Assembly: GCA_964547225.1 (NCBI GenBank)
Contig: CAZJMV010000212.1
Span: 16,465-80,464 of the forward strand
Length of the DNA stretch: 64,000 nt
Direction of reading: 5' to 3'
Source of the DNA: an uncultured Anaerolineaceae bacterium
GTDB lineage: Bacteria > Chloroflexota > Anaerolineae > Anaerolineales > UBA4823
Shown: piece by piece, positions 48,396 through 57,524 of the stretch
How positions within the stretch are numbered: position 1 is the first letter of the stretch
How the letters are laid out: every line of letters begins with the position of its first letter
Made by a program: the position numbers and the translations under genes
The notes under the pieces: model-generated
What the model saw: the letters and a program-made list of their open reading frames with translations, nothing else
Told to the model about the DNA's origin: nothing
Databases searched by the model: none

Positions 48396-50378
48396 TTATC
48401 CTTCTTCCTGAGACTTGTCTGAAACATCCAACATCTTTGCTAAACGGTTCTTTAATTCAAAACGTCTTTCTATATAAGCATCTTTTGGTAAATTTCCCTG
48501 TTTATAGAGATCATCTAACGTGAGGATAGCATCCATGAGTGATTCAGTGCTTTCAACATTTAATTGATCAAGTAGATCATTTTCTTTGATGATATTATTA
48601 TATTTAACTGGTTGTCTCCTCTTGAAGAACCAAACACCAACAATCATCAGAGCAATCACTAATGTACCCAAACCAAATAGTAGATCACTGCTGAATTGGC
48701 TATTCACTATCGGTATTTTTAGCGATGCGCGACCAGATACCTCAAGGCTCAATTTTTCTCCTCTTTCAAGACTTTCCCCGTTATACATATGATAAAGTAA
48801 TCCTTGCACATCGCGTGTGCCTACATCTTCAATACCTTTTCCTTCAACTAGGATGCCTTCTGGCACCAAAATTACAATAGCATCCGTATTCAAGACCATT
48901 GAGCTAATAAAATCGATTTTATGATCAAAGGGAAGTTGATATGAAAACATGACCTGGTGTTGACCAACTCCAGGTCGAACTGGTAAATAATCCCCAAATC
49001 CATCCTCCGTCAATGTATAACGTCCTCCTATAGTTCCATCTTGAAATTCAAGATTCGTTATACCTTCAGGTAAAGTAAATTTAATGGCGGGTTTTTCCTT
49101 CGAGGCTGATACAAGTGTTTTATTACTGGAATTTGAAATCACATAAAGTTCCACAACTTTAAGAACATCTTGATCTTCTGTACTTATCGTTTCAAAAAAA
49201 TAGTGCAAGCGATCAACGGACAAGGCAGATACATCTGTCGTAGTCTCATAGATTTCGATCAATAATTCTTCAACAAAATTATCCTGATTGACTACAACGA
49301 TATCTGAACCGAAAATCGCTCCTTCATATTCTATAGAAGCTAAAAACGCCCTACCATCAATCATTTCAATGTCTTGAAATTCAAAACCTCCCATATCATC
49401 TAACGTTACTGTATCAGTAATAACCAATTGCATATGATCAAACGCGTGCAATGTGATCATCTCTCCAACCGGAAGCATCCCTCCCGAAAGATTTTCTACT
49501 ACACCAGATATGGTAGCAATATTTGGATCCTCTTGATCGGAAAATTTTACTGTTGGGGTTACTTTTGATTCAGCAATATCTTCTGAAGTGATTTCTATAT
49601 CAGGCGTAGCTTTTGCAGTTTCATTTTCCAAATAAAAACTGAGTGATCTTACATAATCAGCTACAGCCCAACGATCATCTTCAGATATTTTGTCGTTAAA
49701 ACCCGACATATAGGGAGAAATACCTTCAGATATAACTTGATATATATTACTCTGTGAAATCGAAGACATAAATTCTTGATCACGAAAATCAGGCATTTTG
49801 GTATTATCTAAGTTATCCACCTGAGATCCATCCCCACGACCATCTTCACCATGACACTCAATACAATAGTTATTGTAATTCTCTTTAGCAAATATGATCT
49901 TTTCAGGTGTGGTAGCTAATTGATATACATATGCAATAACATCCCATCTTTGTCGATCTGTCAGGTCTGAAAAGGGAGGCATATACTTTTCCAGATGACC
50001 TTCTTCAAGCAATAAATACCAATCTCTTGGAATCGCATTTCTCACAAACTCCGGATCACTGATGGGTGGAACTGAAACCGGTAAATCAGCAGATCGTTCA
50101 CCATCACCCAGACCAAAATAACCATGACAACTGATACAATTATCTTCGTAAACCACTTTACCATTCGACGGGTTGGGTGGAACAAGTGGATAAAGAATAT
50201 CAGCAACTTCTACACTCGGTATACTAGGAATGGGTGTGGCAACAAAATCTTGTGGGGGTTTAATATCTTGTGCTAACGAAAAACTACAAGCTGAGATGGT
50301 TGCAGTAAGCAATAAAAAAAATAGAGCTCTAATCGTTTTTGAGCTTAGTTTGCTAATGATGTATTGTATGTTTTGCAT
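48396..50378 (-). CDS. diheme c-type cytochrome lipoprotein with large extracytoplasmic beta-rich domains, C-terminal TM and cytoplasmic helical tail
   Basis: Two CxxCH sites (CISCHG, CIECHG), each followed by a Met-ligand region (KYMPPF, PYMSGF). A CarboxypepD_reg-like segment is present. The TM is LLFGLGTLVIALMIVGVWFF. The start is placed at ATG 50378 (MQNIQYIISKLSSKTIRALFFLLLTATISAC, lipobox) rather than track 50468, which overlaps the upstream gene. Confidence 0.85.
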   Translation of the reverse strand: MQNIQYIISKLSSKTIRALFFLLLTATISACSFSLAQDIKPPQDFVATPIPSIPSVEVADILYPLVPPNPSNGKVVYEDNCISCHGYFGLGDGERSADLPVSVPPISDPEFVRNAIPRDWYLLLEEGHLEKYMPPFSDLTDRQRWDVIAYVYQLATTPEKIIFAKENYNNYCIECHGEDGRGDGSQVDNLDNTKMPDFRDQEFMSSISQSNIYQVISEGISPYMSGFNDKISEDDRWAVADYVRSLSFYLENETAKATPDIEITSEDIAESKVTPTVKFSDQEDPNIATISGVVENLSGGMLPVGEMITLHAFDHMQLVITDTVTLDDMGGFEFQDIEMIDGRAFLASIEYEGAIFGSDIVVVNQDNFVEELLIEIYETTTDVSALSVDRLHYFFETISTEDQDVLKVVELYVISNSSNKTLVSASKEKPAIKFTLPEGITNLEFQDGTIGGRYTLTEDGFGDYLPVRPGVGQHQVMFSYQLPFDHKIDFISSMVLNTDAIVILVPEGILVEGKGIEDVGTRDVQGLLYHMYNGESLERGEKLSLEVSGRASLKIPIVNSQFSSDLLFGLGTLVIALMIVGVWFFKRRQPVKYNNIIKENDLLDQLNVESTESLMDAILTLDDLYKQGNLPKDAYIERRFELKNRLAKMLDVSDKSQEEG

Positions 50379-50395
50379 ATAATTGCCTAAATTAA

Positions 50396-50938
50396 TTAAT
50401 TGATTTTTTCCCCGCATTTTGGACAAAATATATCGGATTTTCTCACAGAATTGCCGCACCTTGGACAAAAACCCATACCCTTTTCATTATGAGTTCTTCG
50501 CCTTTCAGCGAGTAATACTTCTATATCATCGTCTGGATCTACAATAGATTCTGAATGTCGCTTTTCTTGATAAACATCTTCTCCAATAGGATCTGCCTCG
50601 CCTATCTCAGATTCACCAATAGATAGTTCAGGAATTGTCTCCCTTGGGTTTACTTCATCTAGCTTTTGTAATACCTCAGCGCCTTGCGTTAAGAGACTTT
50701 CACGTTGTTGCGAATAATCCTGCTCATATATCTTTCCGACTGCATAATCAAAATCAAGCTCCTGTAATGAAACGAGAATGCGATCACTTTTTGCCATCAA
50801 AGTGGAACGTTCATGATCTTGTGGCAATATGGAAGGATCATGTCTCGTTTTGGATTCATCCTCTAAGATCGGACGAGCCACAAATAATCCTACTAGTAAT
50901 AATAAAGCGAGAAAGAAGAAAATAGCGCCTATGTCCAT
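50396..50938 (-). CDS. membrane protein: N-terminal TM - helical region - C-terminal zinc ribbon (possible CcmI-N-like accessory factor)
   Basis: 180 aa. MDIGAIFFFLALLLLVGLFVARP TM and a CPRCGNSVRKSDIFCPKCG zinc ribbon. It sits inside the ccm cluster. Confidence 0.75.
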   Translation of the reverse strand: MDIGAIFFFLALLLLVGLFVARPILEDESKTRHDPSILPQDHERSTLMAKSDRILVSLQELDFDYAVGKIYEQDYSQQRESLLTQGAEVLQKLDEVNPRETIPELSIGESEIGEADPIGEDVYQEKRHSESIVDPDDDIEVLLAERRRTHNEKGMGFCPRCGNSVRKSDIFCPKCGEKIN

Positions 50939-50944
50939 TGATAT

Positions 50945-51523
50945 TTATTCCTTTAGCAATGGTTCAATTGCCATCCTGATCTCATCAACCGAAACAAATG
51001 GACTAAGTTTTACATAGGCAAGATTTCCAGAACGATCAATAATATAAGTCTCAGGCACACCAGTAATTCGATAGGCTTGAGAAATACGTGTCCCCAAATC
51101 AGGACCATTTGGATAAGAAATCCCAAAACGTTTTAAGTAAGATAATGATTTATCTTCGGTATCTGTCCAGGCAACACCTAAAAATACTATATCTTCTCTA
51201 TCTCCATAGAATTGCCAAGCATTCTCTAAATCAATGGCTTCTTGTTCACAAGGTTTACACCAAGAAGCCCAGAAATTTAGAATAACTACCTTACCACGCA
51301 ACTCTGATAAAGTGAATTCTTGTCCTTCAAAACTCACCAATGAGAAATCTGGAGCTTTCTTGCCAATACGGACAGGACCATCCTGAGTGCGAAGCAAACC
51401 AAGAAAAACCAATGCGAGGAGTGAAATCAATCCACCCCAGACTAGAATACGTCCGAAAAATGAATGTCCTTTGGTTTGATTGGTTGTCAGAGATTCATTT
51501 TCTTCTGTTACTATCATTTGCAC
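50945..51523 (-). CDS. ccmG: thiol:disulfide oxidoreductase CcmG/ResA (membrane-anchored thioredoxin fold)
   Basis: 192 aa. TM anchor, WASWCKPCEQE active site, ..GVPETYIIDR... Confidence 0.88.
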   Translation of the reverse strand: MQMIVTEENESLTTNQTKGHSFFGRILVWGGLISLLALVFLGLLRTQDGPVRIGKKAPDFSLVSFEGQEFTLSELRGKVVILNFWASWCKPCEQEAIDLENAWQFYGDREDIVFLGVAWTDTEDKSLSYLKRFGISYPNGPDLGTRISQAYRITGVPETYIIDRSGNLAYVKLSPFVSVDEIRMAIEPLLKE

Positions 51524-51525
51524 TC

Positions 51526-52065
51526 CTACAAATTTCTAAGTTTATCTTCAATTCGTTTAAAATATTCTTCATCTTCGAATGAGGAATCCTTTTTTTTACT
51601 CTCAAGGTCAATTTGGTTGGATGAATACTTAGAAGTTTTCATTCCTTGAATTACCCGGATGAGAAAGAATACCCCTACAACAAACGCAATAGGAGGAACC
51701 AAATAAATCAACCAATTGAATCCCTCTGTTGGTGGTTCAGCTAAAACTCGGTACCCATACTGATCTACAAAGTAATCCATGATTTCCTGTTCAGACCAAT
51801 CTTCGGAGAGTTTTAAACGGATTAATTCCCGCCATTCATTACAGGCTTGCGTAGGACAAACATCTAAGGGAGTATTTTCGCAAACCGGGCAATACATTTT
51901 TCGGGCAATTGCATTGACTTCATCATCACTAGGGGTATTCGGTTCATGATCTTGGGCTAGTGCAATTGAATTAATACTTAGAAAAATAATAACCAAACTT
52001 ATGAGAATTATGATACGTTGCATGGATTGTGTACTCTTTATCATTTCACACACTAACACCTGCAT
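51526..52065 (-). CDS. ccmH: cytochrome c-type biogenesis protein CcmH (CcmL-like)
   Basis: Signal peptide, then MYCPVCENTPLDVCPTQAC (the LRCPxC-type motif), WSEQEIMDYFVDQYGYRVLAEPP, and a TM. The track ORF overlaps ccmF by 20 nt, and internal starts (M8 at 52044, or M15) are possible. Confidence 0.82.
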   Translation of the reverse strand: MQVLVCEMIKSTQSMQRIIILISLVIIFLSINSIALAQDHEPNTPSDDEVNAIARKMYCPVCENTPLDVCPTQACNEWRELIRLKLSEDWSEQEIMDYFVDQYGYRVLAEPPTEGFNWLIYLVPPIAFVVGVFFLIRVIQGMKTSKYSSNQIDLESKKKDSSFEDEEYFKRIEDKLRNL

Positions 52066-54100
52066 AGGTTTGTCTAGATTTCACTCTTTTGACTTTAGGC
52101 TCTTTATTAGGCCAAGCCGCGATAAATGTACCAATAATAAATACAAACGAACCAGTCCATAACCAGTTCACCAATGGATTACGATAGATCTTAAAGGTTG
52201 CTCCTTCCGTAGAAATGGGTAACCAATCTATGAGAACAATATATAAATCATCTTCCCATGTGCTTCTTAGACCTGGGATAGTCATTGGTTGCTGCGCTTC
52301 ATAGAAGTAATCACGTCGGGGAAATAACTCATCCACAAAATTGTTATTATGATAGACATCAACGACAGCCCTAGCAATGTTCCGTCCATCATTCGTATCA
52401 AAGATCGCTAAGGATTCATAAGTAACTTTGTAATCACCTAAAGTAATGCTTTCACCCTGTCGTATCGTTCCTTGGGTCTCCGTCTGAAAGATTTCAATTC
52501 CAATGATCCCCACAGCCATCAAAACGACACCCAAATGGATTATATAACCACCATAACGCCTGCGATTGCGACTTACCAAATGGATCAATGCGACAATAAA
52601 TGATTCACCAGAAGTTTTCCTTCGTGCTAAAGCACCTCTCCAGAACTCATAAATAGTCACAGAGAGAATAAATGTAGATAACCAAAATCCTAAGATAGCA
52701 GCAAAATTTCTGATTCCTAAAGCGAGTGGAGCTAAAACACCAATTACAGAAAAAACCAATGGTTTCCAAATTACCTTCCCTAAAGTTTTCGCTGTAGAAT
52801 ACCGCCATGCAGCAAGAGGCGCAATTCCCATTAGCAGCAGTAGCCCAGCAAATAACGGACCAGTAGCACGTTCGTAGAAAGGAGGACCAACAGTTACTTT
52901 CTGTCCTGTGAATATCTCGGAGATCAAGGGGAAAATTACTCCCCAAAAACAAACCACTAAAATACTTATAAACAGGAGATTATTGAGTAAAAATAACGCT
53001 TCTCTTGAAAACATCGTTGTCAAATTGGCTTCAGATTTTAGAGAATCCCATCGGTTCATTAACAATGCAAGTGAAGCTGAAAAAGTAACCCCAATAAACA
53101 CAAAGAATAAAGGACCGATCGCGCTTTGTGCAAAAGCGTGCACCGAGGATAACACACCGGAGCGAGTAAGAAAAGTTCCAAAGATCACTAAACTATAGGT
53201 AAGCACTATGAGAACCATATTCCAACGTTTCAACATACCACGTTTTTCTTGGATCATCACGGAGTGCAAGAAAGCAGTGCCAGTTAACCAGGGCATGAAT
53301 GCAGCTATTTCAACTGGATCCCAGCCCCAATAACCACCCCATCCAAGAACATCATAAGCCCAACGACCTCCTAAAACAAGACCCAAGGAAAGGAATAACC
53401 ATGCTACCAAGGTCCACTTGCGAGTGATTCTGATCCATCGATCATCTGTTCGGTTTGTTATCAATGCGGAAATTGCAAAGGCATAAGGTATCACAAAAGA
53501 AACAAAACCAAGATATTGCATGGGAGGATGAATGATCATTCCTGGATGTCTTAACAAAGGATTTAAACCGTAGCCATTGTTTGGACGGAATAATTGACCG
53601 CCTTCAGGTTGAAACATCGAGGTAAAAATCTCTCCATTTGGCAAACTCCAAAACCTTGTAAAGGGATTTTCAAAAAAAATGATTAAGATCAGGAAAAAAA
53701 TTAAGTTAAATAAAGAAACTGCAATAACCCAAGGTAAAAATTCGCGATCACGGTCCCACTTCCGTAAGGTAACAGCCGTCATAAAGGCTGCCAAGAGCCA
53801 AGTCCAAAACAATAACGACCCGGCTTGTCCACCCCAAAATGAGGTGATCCGTAAATAAAGTGGCATACTACTACTCGTAACCGAATGAACAAACTCATAC
53901 TCAAAACTACCGGTTACAAGCAAATTCAACAAACTTACCGCAGAAATAGTTAAAAGCGGGAAAGTTAATAACATCGATAAACGAGCGCTTTCTATCCAAG
54001 CAGCCAGCTTTTTCTTTACCCCATAAACGGCTGCAAATAATCCGTATATTGAAAGAAAAAATGTAACGACTAGTGAGCCATAACCTAGAGTTGCGATCAT
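52046..54100 (-). CDS. ccmF: cytochrome c heme lyase subunit CcmF
   Basis: 684 aa polytopic protein with WWD domain (GWGGYWGWDPVE) and conserved His residues. Confidence 0.93.
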   Translation of the reverse strand: MIATLGYGSLVVTFFLSIYGLFAAVYGVKKKLAAWIESARLSMLLTFPLLTISAVSLLNLLVTGSFEYEFVHSVTSSSMPLYLRITSFWGGQAGSLLFWTWLLAAFMTAVTLRKWDRDREFLPWVIAVSLFNLIFFLILIIFFENPFTRFWSLPNGEIFTSMFQPEGGQLFRPNNGYGLNPLLRHPGMIIHPPMQYLGFVSFVIPYAFAISALITNRTDDRWIRITRKWTLVAWLFLSLGLVLGGRWAYDVLGWGGYWGWDPVEIAAFMPWLTGTAFLHSVMIQEKRGMLKRWNMVLIVLTYSLVIFGTFLTRSGVLSSVHAFAQSAIGPLFFVFIGVTFSASLALLMNRWDSLKSEANLTTMFSREALFLLNNLLFISILVVCFWGVIFPLISEIFTGQKVTVGPPFYERATGPLFAGLLLLMGIAPLAAWRYSTAKTLGKVIWKPLVFSVIGVLAPLALGIRNFAAILGFWLSTFILSVTIYEFWRGALARRKTSGESFIVALIHLVSRNRRRYGGYIIHLGVVLMAVGIIGIEIFQTETQGTIRQGESITLGDYKVTYESLAIFDTNDGRNIARAVVDVYHNNNFVDELFPRRDYFYEAQQPMTIPGLRSTWEDDLYIVLIDWLPISTEGATFKIYRNPLVNWLWTGSFVFIIGTFIAAWPNKEPKVKRVKSRQTYAGVSV

Positions 54101-54110
54101 CTGCTTTGCT

Positions 54111-54629
54111 TTATCTTTCTACCTGTTCAGGCACAGCTTCATCGTATTTTGTGGGGCATTTCATGAGGACTTCATCAGCATAAAATACACCATCGTCCTT
54201 TAATCGACCAGTTACAATTGCCTGCGCTTCATCACGTAAAAGGTCTGGCTTAGGACCGTTGTAAACAATGTTCACCGTAGAGTTTTTAGGGCTACTTACC
54301 GCTTCATGTAACACTTTCGCAAGCCCACCGAGCTGTTCAATCTCATCATTATTCCCAGGAATATGAGCAATCGTGAATGACAATTGTAAATTGTGTTGAT
54401 CATATTCAATTGAATTTCCAATTACCGCGCCAGATATCCGCAAGTCTTTTTCTAGAACACTTTGGTCTTTTGAATTTAATTCATCAATGGTCAAAAAGTA
54501 TTGTGCGTTTGCTTGTGTTGAAGATACAATTAAATAGAATACCGCAGCAATAATCAATAACCCGCCAACGATAAATTTTATATTACTCGTAGAACCAGAG
54601 TTTTCTTCCTTTGAATAATCAACTGTCAT
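54111..54629 (-). CDS. ccmE: heme chaperone CcmE, Cys-variant (CxxxY instead of HxxxY)
   Basis: TM anchor plus OB-fold (..LRISGAVIGNSIEYD...AIVTGRLKDDGVFYADEVLMKCPTKYDEAV). The start is placed at ATG 54629, 8 nt after GGAGG; the track start is 54665. Confidence 0.85.
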   Translation of the reverse strand: MTVDYSKEENSGSTSNIKFIVGGLLIIAAVFYLIVSSTQANAQYFLTIDELNSKDQSVLEKDLRISGAVIGNSIEYDQHNLQLSFTIAHIPGNNDEIEQLGGLAKVLHEAVSSPKNSTVNIVYNGPKPDLLRDEAQAIVTGRLKDDGVFYADEVLMKCPTKYDEAVPEQVER

Positions 54630-54774
54630 TTTGGCAGCCTCCAAGCACGATAATACAACTGGCATTGATCATCCCAATCAAAGCCTTGTGTGAAATTCTG
54701 TCATAATTTGATTAATAGAACCTGAGATAGTATAAATAAAACCATGAGAATGTAACTGTAAAAGAATCATATAA

Positions 54775-55767
54775 TTAATCAGTAAAAATATTTCCCATAA
54801 TCCCAGGTGACCAATCCGGAGGAACAACTAAACCAGACAACGTTACATTCCAACAATTAATCACTAAACCCATAACTATAAAAGCTAAGCTTGCCATCAA
54901 GAGAGAATTATTCCTCCTAAATGCTGGAACCATTATTATCAACGCTGGAATAATTCCCCCAAATACTACCTCTAACCACCAAAATGTTTGGGTATAAGGT
55001 GTAGCAGCCTGAAGACGAGCAAGGGCACTGGCTGTACCGTGGGTATGACTATAATATTAAGTTGCTGCCCAATCCCAAATTTTCAGATATAGATACGCCA
55101 ACAAAGTATAACCAGCAAATCGAGCGACTGTTCTTTGGAGATCCAAAGAGATTAATGTCTTGTTTATTAATCGACTTTTCATCATTGTTGCCAATAATGT
55201 TAGCGACCCCACCAGCAACAGCAGATAAAATAAACATCACAGGTAAGGACGGCTTAAACCATATTGCCCTGCCAGTAAGTACGCCATAGATTGCACCGAG
55301 TGAAGATTGACGTAACATCGATAACCCTAACCCTAGAACAGCCATAATGGGTGTTAAATTTTGTAATTGATGAGCAAACGATCTAAGTTTTAGCCAAGGG
55401 TCGAAAAATGAATGCTCAAGTATGATTGGTAGGAATTCGACCACAGGAATTGTAGAATAAAGAATAATGCACAGGTTATTTCCTATAAAACCGAATGAAC
55501 ATTCCAATAAACTAAGGGATGCCAAAACCTATCCGGTCTACCAATATCCATTGCTAAAGCTAGCATTGCTGATGAATAGCCAATAAAACCCACGAACACG
55601 GCTGCTCTGGCAAGAGGTTCAAACCGTTTTACTCAAAACAGATATACGATCGCGGAAAAAGTAAATGCACCGGCGCCAAGACCAATCGCTGATAGATCAT
55701 GCGTAATCCATAATCCCCATGGAACCCTATCTAATAAATTCGTAATAACTAAACCATTTATCAAGAC
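54775..55767 (-). pseudogene. decayed NrfD/PsrC/ActC-family quinol-interacting membrane subunit
   Basis: Minus-strand translation gives NGLVITNLLDRVPWGLWITHDLSAIGLGAGAFTFSAIVYLF*VKRFEPLARAAVFVGFIGYSSAMLALAMDIGRPDRFWHPLVYWNVHSVL*. The in-frame TGA is at 55635-55633 and the TAG at 55485-55483. The similarity then continues in another frame (track ORF 55049..55525: ...SMLRQSSLGAIYGVLTGRAIWFKPSLPVMFILSAVAGG). It then returns to the first frame (TPYTQTFWWLEVVFGGIIPALIIMVPAFRR...), ending at TAA 54777-54775. The N-terminus is also missing. Confidence 0.8.
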
Positions 55768-55776
55768 TTACGCTTT

Positions 55777-56721
55777 TTATTTTTTCAGTTCAGTTCCACA
55801 AGATCGACAAAACCGATCTCCAAACGAAGCTCTCTTACCACACCGATGACAATAAATAAATTCATCTTCTTCAATATCATCAACCTTTCTTTGCAATTGT
55901 ATCTTTTCTTGATGATCCTTGGTCTTAAATTTTATTGGCTTCTGTCCCGATCGCCAATACCAAATTCCTCCTCCAACTAATAATGCAATCCCCAACAACC
56001 CTAAGAAATACGGTAATGCTGTATTAATACTCATTTTTCCAGAAACTTTACCATCTAAGGGTTCAGAAGGCTCAATCGGTAGGTTTTCAAAACTTAGAAC
56101 TTCATTGTCTTTTAGATAATCAATCGAAATTTGGAATTGTTGATCTTCCACCAATGAACCAACTTCGATATGATAATAATTTAGACCATCTGTACCAACT
56201 TCTTGATTAGTTAATTCGGGTATGATTTCCATCTTAGATGCACCAGCGGGTTGTTGAACCTCAATGTTTAGGGCATCGACCTCATAATCACCCATCCAGG
56301 TATACTCATAATGTCTAAGATTTCCATCTATTATCAAGTCTGGATCATAATACTCAATTTGCAAATCGGGAGTAGTTGCTTGAAAGACAATCCAATTCCA
56401 ATCTCCTTGCAACTCTTGAGTAAAGGGAATATTGATCAATGTCCTATCAGGCTGTTGTCCAGCAACAGCATTTGGTTGTCCTGCATTTGAAGGTATACGG
56501 AACCGCACCTCAAATGGTAAGCTCACCGTTGGTTTAAGAGTCATACGATATATTACCAACATAGAAGGCTGATCAAATTCTGGCCACAAATCGATCTCAA
56601 TATGGGAAAATGCGATCGATTTCTGCGCTCTCCCTACTGATGTATTTGTTAACAATAAAAGAAATAGTATGGCTATTAAGAAGACAATATTATTATTTTT
56701 TCTGACTCTTTCATTCAACAT
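55777..56721 (-). CDS. membrane protein: signal peptide - extracytoplasmic beta-rich domain - TM - cytoplasmic zinc ribbon
   Basis: About 314 aa. Signal IVFLIAILFLLLLTNTSVGRA, TM LPYFLGLLGIALLVGGGIWYW, zinc ribbon CHRCGKRASFGDRFCRSCG. ATG 56721 overlaps the ABC ATPase stop (TGATG). Confidence 0.75.
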   Translation of the reverse strand: MLNERVRKNNNIVFLIAILFLLLLTNTSVGRAQKSIAFSHIEIDLWPEFDQPSMLVIYRMTLKPTVSLPFEVRFRIPSNAGQPNAVAGQQPDRTLINIPFTQELQGDWNWIVFQATTPDLQIEYYDPDLIIDGNLRHYEYTWMGDYEVDALNIEVQQPAGASKMEIIPELTNQEVGTDGLNYYHIEVGSLVEDQQFQISIDYLKDNEVLSFENLPIEPSEPLDGKVSGKMSINTALPYFLGLLGIALLVGGGIWYWRSGQKPIKFKTKDHQEKIQLQRKVDDIEEDEFIYCHRCGKRASFGDRFCRSCGTELKK

Positions 56722-57494
56722 CAAGCCCTTCCTATTGAAGCTCTGATTTGTTGCGCTAGGTCACCAAACAAAGAAGTATAACATACAGAAACATCTCTCG
56801 GTCTTGGAAAAGGAACCTCTAATTTATAAATGATTCGACCAGGTCTCTGGCTAAACACAAAGACTCTGTCTGCCAAATAAAGCGCTTCGGTAATCGAATG
56901 AGTTACCATCACAACCGTCTTTCTCTTTGCAGACCAAATGCGAAGCAACTCAGTCCCCATTCGATCACGTGTAATCGCATCTAAAGCTCCAAAAGGTTCA
57001 TCCAATAAAAGCATATCCGGATCATGAACCAATGCACGTGCAATTGCCACTCGTTGTGCCATTCCTCCAGATAAATCACGTGGTAAGACATTCTCAAACC
57101 CTGATAGACCTACCAGTTCGACTAATTCGACTGCCCTTTCTTTTGTTCGATTACTTTTCAAACCAGCCAACTGAAGAGGCAAGATAATATTATCAAGGAC
57201 GGTTCGCCAGGGCATCAAGTTTGCATCTTGAAAAACAAAACCAATATCACCTCTTGGTCCTCGCACTGGTTGACCCAGAAAATCCACACTTCCTTCCGTA
57301 GCTGGAAGAAGACCTGCAAGAATTCGAAGTAATGTGCTTTTTCCACTTCCTGAGGGACCTAATACACATACGAACTCTTGTGAGTAAACCGAAAAAGAAA
57401 CATGATCCAACGCTCTTAATCCCCCATTCCCATTCGGGAATACTGCACTTAAACTACGAACATTGATCACGGTATCTTTCTTTTTTTGATTCAT
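56721..57494 (-). CDS. ABC transporter ATP-binding protein (NitT/TauT family)
   Basis: Walker A (GPSGSGKST), LSGGMAQRVAIARAL, Walker B (LLLDEPFGALD). Confidence 0.92.
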   Translation of the reverse strand: MNQKKKDTVINVRSLSAVFPNGNGGLRALDHVSFSVYSQEFVCVLGPSGSGKSTLLRILAGLLPATEGSVDFLGQPVRGPRGDIGFVFQDANLMPWRTVLDNIILPLQLAGLKSNRTKERAVELVELVGLSGFENVLPRDLSGGMAQRVAIARALVHDPDMLLLDEPFGALDAITRDRMGTELLRIWSAKRKTVVMVTHSITEALYLADRVFVFSQRPGRIIYKLEVPFPRPRDVSVCYTSLFGDLAQQIRASIGRA

Positions 57495-57524
57495 AAAAAC
57501 CTTGCGATTATCTCATCTAGTGTA

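Noticed and set aside
55049-55525. 158-aa minus-strand ORF as an intact gene
   Set aside because: It is the middle fragment of the decayed NrfD-like gene. Homologous sequence continues upstream and downstream in other frames.
55483-55635. In-frame TGA/TAG in the NrfD-like region as selenocysteine, pyrrolysine or an alternative genetic code
   Set aside because: Both TGA and TAG occur, together with frameshifts and a missing N-terminus. All other genes in the window use the standard stops normally. No SECIS-like context was noticed. A pseudogene is the simpler reading.
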